From contig DATDXN010000015.1 in NCBI GenBank assembly GCA_035289305.1, positions 1-58,414 of the forward strand: DNA of 58,414 bases, read 5' to 3'. The notes beneath the pieces were generated by a model. The model worked only from the letters and a program-made list of their open reading frames with translations, was not told where the DNA came from and ran no database searches. A program made the position numbers and the translations under genes. Positions 44,233 through 53,579 of the stretch are shown here, one piece after another (the first letter of the stretch is position 1; each line of letters starts with the position of its first letter). This stretch comes from Patescibacteria group bacterium. GTDB taxonomy: Bacteria > Patescibacteriota > Microgenomatia > UBA1406 > HO2-37-13b.

Positions 44233-46023
44233 AAGCCAGTGTTTTATTTCATTATACCCCATGGTATTGAGTATGTCACTTTTTTTAGCCCAACCTCTCC
44301 GCGCCACTGCCACACCATACAGTATACCCTCCATTTGAGAAACCGCATGAGCATCGGTATTGATGACCATGGTAAGACCCTGATTTACTGCTTGTCTTAC
44401 CAATTCGTCAGGAAGATCTAACCGCCCTGGCCATGAGTTGATTTCAACCGCTATATGTTTCCGCTTACATTCTGTAAAAATTCTCACCCAATCTGCCTCA
44501 ATCTCTTCACGTTTGTGTAAAAGTCGTCCGGTTGGATGTGCGAGAATTTTCACTTTTGGCTGTTGTAAAGCTGTAAGAATTCTTTTTGTCATGTCTGCTT
44601 TTGACATCCTGAAACTACTATGTACCGATACGATGAGAAAATCTATATAAGACATCGTTTCTTCTGGAAGGGCAATTTTTCCGGTAGGAAGAATATCAAC
44701 TTCAAGACTGATGAAAAAATGTAAACGTTTACTTTTTTTGAACAAACTTTTTTGAACAATATATTCCTTTCTTTTCTTCATCAAATTGATAATTTCTGCA
44801 TCAGAATGATTAGTGATGCTGGGATTGTGATCGGCAAAGCCAACATACTCATATCCCAGTTCCTGTGCCTTGTTGAAAATTTCTTCATAGCTATTCTCTC
44901 CCAAATCATGAGATACCTCTAAATTATATGAAGAATGAATATGAAAGTCTCCTCGGATATCTGCGCGAGTTACCAATTGAGGTATTTTTCCCTTACGAGC
45001 TCTCTCAATTTCATCGGTACCTTCTCTGATTTCAGGCGGAATATACTGGAGACCCAAAAACTCATAAAAATCCTTTTCATTCTTAAATATATGTTCTCGG
45101 GTATTTTTGTATTTATTTTTGATTTTCTTAATGCCGTATTCTGATAGCGAGTATCCCTTTTTGATCGCATATTCCCGAAGCTTGATATTATGTTCCTTGC
45201 TTCCGGTGAAATACTGAAGCATTGCGCCATATCGCTCTTTTTCCACAGTGCGTATGTCAATTCGTTTTCCCGAACTTGTGAGAATTGCTGCTTTTTTTTC
45301 GCCTTTTTCCTCAACCGAGGAAACAAATGGACCGGAAACAAAATAATCTATCACATCTTTTGCATGTAATAGAGAGCATATGACTGCTATGTCTATATCC
45401 CCAACGGTGGCGGTCATCCTTCGAAGCGAACCCACCACTTCAGCCTTTTGGACATGCGGATTCAGTCGAAGATAATCAACGATTTCTGCGGCGAGTTCAT
45501 ATGCATATGGTAACGGCATTCGTTCTTTTTTTTGAGATGATCTTTGATGGAGTTCGATTGATCGAAGTATTTCTTCCTGCGATTTTTGGCCAAATGTAGG
45601 AATAGACGCTACTTTATTTTTGAGACATGCCTCATGCAACTGCTTGATAGCTGTATGGGAATCACTGAAGTGCAAAGCCTTGACAAGTTTAAAAGCTTTT
45701 TTTGGGCCAATACCTCCCAAATTCATCAACGTAAACACCGGAGCAGGAATTTTTTTGAGGACGCTTATTAAATATGAACGGTCCTTTTTTTCAAAATACT
45801 CCGCAAGGTGATCGAGAATTGAGGGACCGATACCAGGAACCTGCTGTAATGCACCATTTTCCCACATGTCTTTTAGTTCGCGATTTAGATGGTCAATTAC
45901 GTCTGCGGCACGTTCGTACGCAATGACCCTAAAGTGGTTTTCATCAGTCAAGAGATATACCGCTGCCACATGACGAAGAAGGGTACTTATTTCTTTATTA
46001 GTCATGGTAAGCGATGATACCAT
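44221..46023 (-). CDS. polX: DNA polymerase X with C-terminal PHP domain
   Basis: GSLRR, GDIDI, IDIR and YFTGSKEHN motifs; PHP motifs HIHS, HPTGR and NTDAH. Confidence 0.93.
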   Translation of the reverse strand: MVSSLTMTNKEISTLLRHVAAVYLLTDENHFRVIAYERAADVIDHLNRELKDMWENGALQQVPGIGPSILDHLAEYFEKKDRSYLISVLKKIPAPVFTLMNLGGIGPKKAFKLVKALHFSDSHTAIKQLHEACLKNKVASIPTFGQKSQEEILRSIELHQRSSQKKERMPLPYAYELAAEIVDYLRLNPHVQKAEVVGSLRRMTATVGDIDIAVICSLLHAKDVIDYFVSGPFVSSVEEKGEKKAAILTSSGKRIDIRTVEKERYGAMLQYFTGSKEHNIKLREYAIKKGYSLSEYGIKKIKNKYKNTREHIFKNEKDFYEFLGLQYIPPEIREGTDEIERARKGKIPQLVTRADIRGDFHIHSSYNLEVSHDLGENSYEEIFNKAQELGYEYVGFADHNPSITNHSDAEIINLMKKRKEYIVQKSLFKKSKRLHFFISLEVDILPTGKIALPEETMSYIDFLIVSVHSSFRMSKADMTKRILTALQQPKVKILAHPTGRLLHKREEIEADWVRIFTECKRKHIAVEINSWPGRLDLPDELVRQAVNQGLTMVINTDAHAVSQMEGILYGVAVARRGWAKKSDILNTMGYNEIKHWLNPD

Positions 46024-46041
46024 ACCATGCAGTATATCCTA

Positions 46042-46070
46042 TTTACAACAAAAAATATATGTGTTATAGT
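46042..46070 (+). promoter_or_regulatory. Promoter for tRNA-Asp, TTTACA-N17-TATAGT
   Basis: Consensus-like hexamers 15 nt upstream of the tRNA. Confidence 0.55.
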
Positions 46071-46085
46071 AATGTGAAGTTGCAT

Positions 46086-46159
46086 GGGGTCATAGCTCAA
46101 TTGGCTAGAGCGCTTCCCTGTCACGGAAGAGGTTGCGGGTTCGAGTCCCGTTGATCCCG
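46086..46159 (+). tRNA. tRNA-Asp(GTC)
   Basis: Acceptor ggggtca/tgatccc, anticodon arm cttcc-ctgtcac-ggaag. Confidence 0.95.
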
Positions 46160-46221
46160 CAAATTAGCTATTAGCTGATAGTCATTTGCTAATAGCCAAC
46201 GAAGGAGGTGAAGAAAACTAT

Positions 46222-46800
46222 ATGACAGCGCAAGAAGCAACAATTTCGTATAAGGATGCAGTTTTTCAAAAGATTAAACAAAACTACCAATCTGTTATTC
46301 TTGGAGCACTTGTCGTCATCGTCGGTCTTTCAGTATTTTTTAGACTTACCGCACAGGAAAAATCGAAAAAGATATCTACTTCATCTGAAACTGAAGCAAC
46401 CGCACAAAAAGAAGAGGCGGGAGCCGGAAAAAAATACACGGTAAAAAAAGGTGATAATCTGTGGAAAATTGCAGAGAGTGAATATGGGTCAGGATACAAC
46501 GCTCTAGATATTGCCACTGCAAACAAGCTCGCAAACGCAAATATCATCGAAGTCGGACAGGTATTGGTCATCCCTGCCGTTGCCGCAAAAAAAGCAACAA
46601 AAGGCGAAATAGCACAGGCAAAGACCGAGAAAGTTTCAATTACCACAGATACATACACCGTGAAGACAGGGGATACGCTCTGGAAGGTCGCGGTGGAAGC
46701 GTATGGAGATGGATATCAATGGGCGAAGATCGCGAAGGAAAACAAGTTGAGTGATCCTGATGTCATACATGGAGGAAACACGCTCAAACTACCGCGGTAA
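46222..46800 (+). CDS. Membrane-anchored protein with two LysM domains
   Basis: YTVKKGDNLWKIA and YTVKTGDTLWKVA repeats; AAGGAGGTGA SD before the ATG at 46222. Confidence 0.92.
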   Translation: MTAQEATISYKDAVFQKIKQNYQSVILGALVVIVGLSVFFRLTAQEKSKKISTSSETEATAQKEEAGAGKKYTVKKGDNLWKIAESEYGSGYNALDIATANKLANANIIEVGQVLVIPAVAAKKATKGEIAQAKTEKVSITTDTYTVKTGDTLWKVAVEAYGDGYQWAKIAKENKLSDPDVIHGGNTLKLPR

Positions 46801-46834
46801 AAACATTGCATTTCATTAACAAGACTTACACAGT

Positions 46835-46880
46835 GTCATTCCGAGCGAACCCGCCGATTCGGCGGGGAAGCCGAGGAATC
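46835..46880. repeat. GTCA-type REP-like element with a nested GC palindrome
   Basis: GTCATTCCGAGC-GAA-[CCCGCCGATTCGGCGGG]-GAA-GCCGAGGAATC. Confidence 0.6.
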
Positions 46881-46947
46881 CCTTTTGTAAAATAAAGAAA
46901 GGGATTTATGTAGATGAGCTAAAAGCGCACGAGCTCATAGCTCATGT

Positions 46948-46986
46948 GCGGGATTAGTACAATGGCAGTATGCATCCTTCCCCCGC
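46948..46986 (+). pseudogene. tRNA-Gly(CCC) 5' half
   Basis: gcgggat-ta-gtac-aatggca-gtat-g-catcc-tt-ccc gives the acceptor 5' strand, D-arm and 5' anticodon arm; no T-arm follows. Confidence 0.7.
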
Positions 46987-46993
46987 CTGCCAT

Positions 46994-47065
46994 GCGGTGG
47001 TAGTTCAGTGGTAGAATGTCTCCTTCCCAAGGAGAAGGTCGAGGGTTCAAATCCCTTCCACCGCT
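46994..47065 (+). tRNA. tRNA-Gly(CCC)
   Basis: Acceptor gcggtgg/ccaccgc, anticodon arm tctcc-ttcccaa-ggaga. Confidence 0.95.
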
Positions 47066-47389
47066 CAAAACTGGATTAAAACTGCAAAAATACGTTATAG
47101 ACTGATATAACAATAAAATTGTAGGTTTGAGCCAAGCAGATTTTGGAAAATTAAGCTTCTCTTGACTGGAAATAAAAATGGAGATTTGCACATTATTAAT
47201 ATCGAGTCTAGGGAAATTACCAGTCATTATCAAGGATGGGGAACTTGGACAAATTATGGTAATAAACATTGGGAGACTAAAGATTATTTAAGAGCTGGTA
47301 CTATTTCAAAATTTGAATCTAAAACTTAATAAGGACTTAAAAAACCAAACCTTCCACCTCGGAGATGTAATAAATAGGACACATAGGAA

Positions 47390-47863
47390 TTACTGCCACT
47401 CGACGAAATCGCAACCTACGGCCATGCGATTTTGTGCGTCCCATTTGTTGGTCGAGCATTTTTTCAGACGTTTTCCATTACTGGTCGTGAGCATCACAAG
47501 TTTTGCCCCGCATTTCGGACACTCCTCACCAAGCTCCTCTGTCTTGCCCTTCACCCACTCGACATAGTCGCATCCGGATGCAGTGCGTGTGGCAGCATCC
47601 CATGTACCGGCCGAGCATTTTTTGAGCTTCTTGCCAAATCGCGTCGTTTTTAAAACCAATGGAGAGCCGCATTTGGGGCATTTTTCATCAAGCTCTTGAT
47701 CAGGAGCAGCAAACCACCGCACATACGTACACCCCTCCACTCGCCTGGTAGCCTCATTCCAGCTTCCTTTGGAGCAGCGCTGAAGCTGTTTACCCGAAGG
47801 AGTCGTCGTAACTTCACCCAAAGGAGCACCGCATTGTGGACACGTCGTATCTTTGTCTGACAT
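47390..47863 (-). CDS. Stand-alone protein of three C4 zinc ribbons (topoisomerase I C-terminal type)
   Basis: Three repeats of about 52 aa, each C-x2-C-x17-C-x13-C (CPxCG...CS...W...GCx(Y/F)VxW). Confidence 0.85.
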   Translation of the reverse strand: MSDKDTTCPQCGAPLGEVTTTPSGKQLQRCSKGSWNEATRRVEGCTYVRWFAAPDQELDEKCPKCGSPLVLKTTRFGKKLKKCSAGTWDAATRTASGCDYVEWVKGKTEELGEECPKCGAKLVMLTTSNGKRLKKCSTNKWDAQNRMAVGCDFVEWQ

Positions 47864-47882
47864 ACACTAATATAGAATTGAA

Positions 47883-47901
47883 TTCCGAATTTCTCGGAAT
47901 A
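47883..47901. repeat. 19-bp micro-palindrome with a CCGA-N5-TCGG core
   Basis: Minus strand TT|TATTCCGAGAAATTCGGAA|TT; same 2+6+5+6 geometry as the copies at 2585 and 44214. Confidence 0.55.
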
Positions 47902-47973
47902 AACATATAATGACAGCATTATATACTAAAATTTACCGATATGCATTTGTTATAATTTTCTATGAGAAGACGC

Positions 47974-48045
47974 GCCGATGTAGCTCAATGGTAGAGCAAT
48001 CCCTTCGTAAGGGAGAGGTTGGAGGTTCAAGTCCTCTCATCGGCT
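47974..48045 (+). tRNA. tRNA-Thr(CGT)
   Basis: Acceptor gccgatg/catcggc, anticodon loop ttcgtaa. Confidence 0.95.
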
Positions 48046-48117
48046 CATTAGAAAGCGTTTGCGCGGGAAACGAATAAATATGCTCTGTGGACAACAATTA
48101 TAATATAATAAAAGAAT

Positions 48118-48828
48118 ATGAGAAGACTTGAAAAACATCGCAGCAAAAAATACTCCTCTCAAATTTTCACCTATAGCGTGATACTCATCGTTGTCGTGCT
48201 TTTTCTTGCCACAATTGGCTTCAAATTCCTCATCAGCACCTCACTCTTCATATCGCGGCTCTCGCAAAGGGGCGCTAACGGTACACCAAATAATAATAAT
48301 GAAACGGTGATCCTTTTTGAACCTGAACTCTTTAATCCTCCTTCAGCGACCAATACTGCCACTCTTCAAATATCCGGAAATACAACTCCCAATACTGAAC
48401 TTTCCATATACATAAACGACAGCGAGCAAAAGAAGCTCACTCCCACGACATACACATTTGAGACAGAAGTAGAGCTGACAAAAGGTGAAAATACCCTTTA
48501 CATCCTCGCGGTTCACAAAGAAACAAAAAAACAAAAACAGTCACGCATATATAAAATACTTTACAAAGATGGAAAACCGACCCTTGAGATGACAACGCCC
48601 GCAGATGGCGATACAGTGCGCACAGATGAGGTGCAGATCGTGGGGAAAACCGACGCCGATGTTCTGGTGCATATAAATACTTTTCCTGTCATTACCTTGG
48701 CAGATGGGTCTTTTTCACATACAGTAAAATTGCAGGAGGGAGAAAACAAAATAATTATTTCGGCACGAGATATTGCGGGAAATGAAGAGCAAAAAGAACT
48801 CACGGTCTCCTACCAGAAATCTGACTAA
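48118..48828 (+). CDS. Membrane-anchored protein with two Ig-like beta domains
   Basis: Single N-terminal TM; ELTKGENTLYILA and KLQEGENKIIISARDIAGN Ig-like repeats. Confidence 0.8.
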   Translation: MRRLEKHRSKKYSSQIFTYSVILIVVVLFLATIGFKFLISTSLFISRLSQRGANGTPNNNNETVILFEPELFNPPSATNTATLQISGNTTPNTELSIYINDSEQKKLTPTTYTFETEVELTKGENTLYILAVHKETKKQKQSRIYKILYKDGKPTLEMTTPADGDTVRTDEVQIVGKTDADVLVHINTFPVITLADGSFSHTVKLQEGENKIIISARDIAGNEEQKELTVSYQKSD

Positions 48829-49933
48829 TGCTTGCCGCACACACCATGATAAATACCATAAGGGTGAGATTGTGAAGTATGATGTTATCAAAAAGAGAAG
48901 CAATCAGTATCACAAATAACGCAGTTTTTCCCAGATGAGGCAGGAGATCATACAGTTTCTTCATGAAATATAAAAATGTTCCAAATCCAATGATTCCTGA
49001 TGCGGCAAGTAGAGTAACAAAACTTGACGAAAAAGCAGCTGCCGAATGGTCAAACCCCTGCAGACGGCGTACATATCGCAACCTATCGTATCCATGCCCC
49101 AAAAACGGCCGCTTAAGCCATAAGACTAGTCCTTCCTGTTGATTGATAAGTCGTGCTTGTATCGTAAATAATCTTTCAAGCCGAGTGCTCTCACCCTGCA
49201 CGCGCGGAAGAAGCATAATAAAAACAAAAGCGATCAATATATACAGGAGCACCGTTTTGGCCCTTAATTTTTTTGCAAACGAATAAAAAAAAGCGATCGT
49301 AAAAGCCACATATGAAATCCGAGAATAGGTGAGTAGCAACAAGATAAGTAGCACACTACCCATAAACCACCTGTATCTCCCACCTCTTTCAAGAGAGTAG
49401 AAAAAAAGAAGTGCGAGAATGATGCCGCTCGCTGTCGTATCAAAGAAAAGACCAAAAAGACGCGCCACATGCTTATCCCAACCCAAATATGCTAGATTAG
49501 TAAGCTCCGGATAGAGAAAATACTGCGCGATCGAAAAAATAATGGTCAGGACCATAAATAGTTGTACTCCTTTTTTTATCACGGTTCCGTGATCTTTTTT
49601 AAGGGTTACCCAGCTCAAAAGATATAGAAAAAACAATCCGTACATGAATAAACGTATAAGATACAAAAATCCAACAGTATTTTCAAACATAGAGAATTTC
49701 CAAAATTCACTGATAAGCGACACAAAAAGCACAAGAATAAAAATGTAAAAAGCTTTCTCATGCGGTTTTGGGCGTGTAAAAAGAGAAAAGCCGATTTTCT
49801 TCATCAGGTAAAAAAGTGTTGGAGCCATCACTACCTCATGAAGGTATAGATTAACTTCTTGATCGAAAAGAGAAATACGACCAATGTGACCCAGAGAAAG
49901 CAATAAAAAGATGCTATAGAGCAAGTAGGGCAT
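48800..49933 (-). CDS. O-antigen ligase/polymerase-family membrane protein
   Basis: About 10-11 TM helices; LLTYSR and PFLGHGY motifs. Confidence 0.8.
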   Translation of the reverse strand: MPYLLYSIFLLLSLGHIGRISLFDQEVNLYLHEVVMAPTLFYLMKKIGFSLFTRPKPHEKAFYIFILVLFVSLISEFWKFSMFENTVGFLYLIRLFMYGLFFLYLLSWVTLKKDHGTVIKKGVQLFMVLTIIFSIAQYFLYPELTNLAYLGWDKHVARLFGLFFDTTASGIILALLFFYSLERGGRYRWFMGSVLLILLLLTYSRISYVAFTIAFFYSFAKKLRAKTVLLYILIAFVFIMLLPRVQGESTRLERLFTIQARLINQQEGLVLWLKRPFLGHGYDRLRYVRRLQGFDHSAAAFSSSFVTLLAASGIIGFGTFLYFMKKLYDLLPHLGKTALFVILIASLFDNIILHNLTLMVFIMVCAASISQISGRRP

Positions 49934-49942
49934 AGAGAAAGG

Positions 49943-50680
49943 CTAATGATACTTCATATATAATTTCGCCCGAACCAGAAACGAGTGAAAACTCATGAAA
50001 AATGCATAGACAAAACCGGGAGGACCATCTAAAAATCCTCCTTTAAAAATGTAATTCAACATGAATTTGAAAAAAGGGTAGGCGATAATCTCCACGACTG
50101 AAACAGATTTCTTATTTTGATACAGCTCTTGAGCTCGCAGACTGCTGTAAACATTAATTTCGCTCAAAAACTCACGGACGGTAGGATGTGGTGTGTGAAA
50201 GAAAAAATTTGATAGTTTTCCAATTTTACCAGTTGTTTCAAAAACTTCATGCACGTTTCCTTTCCATTTTCCCGCACCTTTTTTGAAAAGTCGTACGAGC
50301 TGTATATTTCCCACCTCACCGTGTTTCAGCTCTCTCCCCCACCACACATCACGTCGTTTAAGATAGTATGCGGCAAAAATATCTTGTTGTATAGTCTTTT
50401 TTATCTCTTGCGCTAGTGTATCAGTCACATATTCATCAGCGTCTATGCATAAAATCCATTTCCCCCGACACTCTCCTTCTCCAAAATTTCTCTGTGCGGC
50501 AAAATCTTGAGTAAGATGGCGTTGACGCACAACTGTGCCATTTCTTTGTGCGATTTCTGCGGTTTTATCGGTAGAATAGTCGTCGATAACAACTACTTCA
50601 TCGCAAAAAGAAACGGATTTGATCGCTTTCTCGATCGCTTTCTCCTCGTTTTTTGCAAGGATAAGTGCACTAATACGCAT
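49943..50680 (-). CDS. Glycosyltransferase family 2
   Basis: LAKNEE, IDDYSTD and IDADE motifs. Confidence 0.92.
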   Translation of the reverse strand: MRISALILAKNEEKAIEKAIKSVSFCDEVVVIDDYSTDKTAEIAQRNGTVVRQRHLTQDFAAQRNFGEGECRGKWILCIDADEYVTDTLAQEIKKTIQQDIFAAYYLKRRDVWWGRELKHGEVGNIQLVRLFKKGAGKWKGNVHEVFETTGKIGKLSNFFFHTPHPTVREFLSEINVYSSLRAQELYQNKKSVSVVEIIAYPFFKFMLNYIFKGGFLDGPPGFVYAFFMSFHSFLVRAKLYMKYH

Positions 50681-50690
50681 AAAAACTGTG

Positions 50691-50764
50691 TGGCCACTGA
50701 AGGACTTGAACCTTCAACCTCTGCAATGTGAATGCAGCGCTCTAGCCAATTGAGCTAAGCGGCC
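50691..50764 (-). tRNA. tRNA-Val(CAC)
   Basis: Acceptor ggccgct/agtggcc, anticodon arm ctgca-ttcacat-tgcag. Confidence 0.95.
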
Positions 50765-50831
50765 AATGCTTTTATTATAACAAAAAAACACTCTTGTTTT
50801 TAAGATATGTATTTATTTATAATCCTCACAT

Positions 50832-51389
50832 ATGGAATTGCTCAAAAGAATTATCGCCTTTGTGATGGACACGCTTGAGACGGTGATTTTCATCGCCTCG
50901 ATTTTCGTCGTCATCTATCTTTTCATCATGAGCCCACATCAAGTAAAAGGTGCTTCTATGGAGCCGACGTTTCAATCTTCTGATTATATTTTGACCAGTA
51001 AAATCTCCTACCGGACGGGCGCGCCCCAAAGAGGAGATGTGATCGTATTCAAATCTCCCAAAAATCCCGATATCGACTATATAAAAAGAATTATCGCAGC
51101 ACCCGGGGACAAAATTCTGATCAAAGACTTTGAGGTGTATGTGAATGGCACACTGCTTGAGGAGCAATATATAGCGAGCAAGACATCTCTTTTTCCCGGA
51201 GGATTCGTACAAGAAGGAGTAGAAGTAGTGGTGCCTGAAAATTATTTATTCGCCATGGGAGACAATCGCCCACGTTCATCTGATTCCCGTGAATTTGGAT
51301 TTATACCCATGAAAGATGTTATTGGAAAAGTCTTTTTCCGCTATTTTCCGCTTAACAAGATCGGTCAGGTAAAAAACCCTTCATTTTAA
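50832..51389 (+). CDS. lepB: Signal peptidase I
   Basis: GASMEPT (Ser), YIKRII (Lys) and MGDNRPRSSDSR motifs. Confidence 0.95.
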   Translation: MELLKRIIAFVMDTLETVIFIASIFVVIYLFIMSPHQVKGASMEPTFQSSDYILTSKISYRTGAPQRGDVIVFKSPKNPDIDYIKRIIAAPGDKILIKDFEVYVNGTLLEEQYIASKTSLFPGGFVQEGVEVVVPENYLFAMGDNRPRSSDSREFGFIPMKDVIGKVFFRYFPLNKIGQVKNPSF

Positions 51390-51926
51390 TTGTGTGTTAT
51401 CTACTACTTTTTCCAAAATATCTGTCGTACATGCTCTATTTCCTTTGACCGTAAGAGACAAAACTGCACGTGTTCTCGTTTGGACGATTTTTACCTCAAG
51501 ACGCTCACTAATTTTTTTAAATTTGTGCTCTATGGCAATTTTGGTTTTTTCATCTATCTTTTTACCTCTATGTTTAAAGGAAGAGTTTTTCTCGCTTACA
51601 TATTCTTCTGTCTGTTGTATCGTGAGATTTTCTGCAAGAATTTTTTCGTAGAGCTGTATCATCTCCTCTGTGGTGGCAAGTCGGGAAAGCACAAAAAGAT
51701 GGCTTGCGCTTAAATGCTTTGCGTAATACCCATCACTCACAATTTCAGGTAGTTTTGAGAGACGAAGCAAATGACATACATATGAGGGGGAAACGTGGAG
51801 TTTTATGGCGATGTCTTTTATCCGCATGTCTTTCTCTTTTGCAAGGATCTTGATGTATTTTCCCCTCTGAAGAACGTCTTTCTCTCCTTCAAGCTTTTTC
51901 ACGTAGTAATCAATATTTTCTGTCAT
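51381..51926 (-). CDS. ParB/Spo0J-like HTH and C-terminal domain protein lacking the N-terminal ParB domain
   Basis: IKDIAIKLHVSPSYVCHLLRLSKLP HTH, LSASH and LTIQQTE motifs; no GERR arginine patch. Confidence 0.75.
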   Translation of the reverse strand: MTENIDYYVKKLEGEKDVLQRGKYIKILAKEKDMRIKDIAIKLHVSPSYVCHLLRLSKLPEIVSDGYYAKHLSASHLFVLSRLATTEEMIQLYEKILAENLTIQQTEEYVSEKNSSFKHRGKKIDEKTKIAIEHKFKKISERLEVKIVQTRTRAVLSLTVKGNRACTTDILEKVVDNTQLK

Positions 51927-51934
51927 ACAGAAGA

Positions 51935-52180
51935 CTAAATCACCGACACGTATTTTTTGCCTCTTTTTATCCCAAATTGTACTTTTCCCTTAGCTACAGC
52001 ATAGAGCGTGAAGTCTTTACCCGCTTTTACACCCCTCCCGGGGTTGCAGATCATTCCACGCTGGCGAATGATGATGTTGCCTACTTCTGCTTTTTGTGAA
52101 CCATATATTTTCACTCCCAGACGCTTTCCCGCAGAGTCACGATTGCCTGCTGCTGCTTTTTGAGATTTTGTATGTGCCAT
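51935..52180 (-). CDS. rpmA: 50S ribosomal protein L27
   Basis: MAHTK...RDSAGKRLGVK motif. Confidence 0.96.
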   Translation of the reverse strand: MAHTKSQKAAAGNRDSAGKRLGVKIYGSQKAEVGNIIIRQRGMICNPGRGVKAGKDFTLYAVAKGKVQFGIKRGKKYVSVI

Positions 52181-52193
52181 AGGTTTTAAAGCA

Positions 52194-52502
52194 TTAAACT
52201 TTTGTTATTTTAATTTTGGTCAAGTAGGGTCTGAACCCTTTGGTTTTTCGATGACGCGACTTGGCGCGAAAACGACGTATATGTACTTTGTCACCCTTTA
52301 CATTCTCTACGATTTGAGCTTCTACTTTCACGTCTAGATATGGGCTTCCAATTTCAATATCTCCGCCTTCAAAATCACCTCGCGCAAGGGTCTCAAGCTG
52401 TACTATTTTTTCCTGCCCTTCGAGACGATCCACGTATATCTCCTGATTTTCTTCCACAACGTACTGCTTTCCTCCTGTTTTGATAACTGCCTTTTTTGCC
52501 AT
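52194..52502 (-). CDS. rplU: 50S ribosomal protein L21
   Basis: AVIKTGGKQY...GFRPYLT motif. Confidence 0.96.
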   Translation of the reverse strand: MAKKAVIKTGGKQYVVEENQEIYVDRLEGQEKIVQLETLARGDFEGGDIEIGSPYLDVKVEAQIVENVKGDKVHIRRFRAKSRHRKTKGFRPYLTKIKITKV

Positions 52503-52532
52503 ATAAATAAGTATACCATTTAGGTGATTTAT

Positions 52533-53579
52533 TTACAACGACATACTCAAGCCCAGAAGCATCATCGAAACGACAATGGAAGAGCCACCATATGATATGA
52601 TCGGAAGCGGAATCCCTGTCACGGGAAACAAACCAAGATTCATACCAATATTGATAAAAACGTGTGTTGCAAAAAAGAGGGTAACGGCGATAAGAAACAG
52701 AAATGAGTAACTATATTTAGGCTGATAGAAAGCCTTTCTCATAATCCGATACATAATAACTACATACAATATCATCACTACAACTCCACCGACGAAACCA
52801 AACTGTTCAACAAGCGCCGCATATGCAAAATCAGTCGTTGAGGCAGGAAGAAACATAAACCGAGACTGTGTAGCAAGCCCCAAACCACGTCCTAGAAATC
52901 CGCCCGAACCTGCAGTAATCACCGATTGAATCAAGTTGTACGATATTCCTTGCGGGTCAGTCGTTGGATTGAGGAAACTGACGATACGATCTTTCTGATA
53001 ATCTCTCAAAAATCTCCAAAAAATGGGCAGTACAATACTTCCTCCAAGCAATGTGTACAAAAAATATCGCGCATGCGCTCCTGAAAAAAATAATACACCT
53101 ACATATATTACTGCATATACAATCGCTGTACCTAGATCAGGCTGCTTGAAGATAATGAATGTGGGAAGGGCAAAAAAAATAAAACTCACGAGGATTTTCT
53201 TTGCTGTTGTTCCCTCTCGTATTATCTGTTCCCGCGCGAGAATTCCACTGATGATAATGATAAAGACGATCTTAAAAAACTCTGATGGTTGAAAATTCAC
53301 AAAAGAAAAATCAATCCATCGGCGCGAACCTCTCACCTCTTGTCCAAAAAGTACAGTCCCTATGATGAAAAGAAGTCCGATGATATATAGTAAACGATCG
53401 TTTAATCTCAAAAAACCTACTCCCCATTTATAAAAAACATACAATGAAATAAATCCAATAAAAATGTATATGAGATGCGTTTTGAGATCTTGCCGAGCTA
53501 TCCCCAAAAACGAGAGTGAGCTAAAGAGAGACAATCCAACAAGAGATAGCACTATCCACGGATCAAAACTTCTTTTCAT
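52533..53579 (-). CDS. rodA: SEDS-family peptidoglycan glycosyltransferase (RodA-like)
   Basis: RRWI, FQPSEF, GSGGFLGRG and TDF motifs; RodA versus FtsW is not fully resolved. Confidence 0.8.
   Translation of the reverse strand: MKRSFDPWIVLSLVGLSLFSSLSFLGIARQDLKTHLIYIFIGFISLYVFYKWGVGFLRLNDRLLYIIGLLFIIGTVLFGQEVRGSRRWIDFSFVNFQPSEFFKIVFIIIISGILAREQIIREGTTAKKILVSFIFFALPTFIIFKQPDLGTAIVYAVIYVGVLFFSGAHARYFLYTLLGGSIVLPIFWRFLRDYQKDRIVSFLNPTTDPQGISYNLIQSVITAGSGGFLGRGLGLATQSRFMFLPASTTDFAYAALVEQFGFVGGVVVMILYVVIMYRIMRKAFYQPKYSYSFLFLIAVTLFFATHVFINIGMNLGLFPVTGIPLPIISYGGSSIVVSMMLLGLSMSL

Noticed and set aside
47232-47270. AAGGATG as the missing 3' half of the tRNA-Gly fragment (intron or nested-tRNA model)
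   Set aside because: It complements the anticodon stem but is not followed by a TTC T-loop or ATCCCGC acceptor strand; a 7-mer match is plausible by chance.
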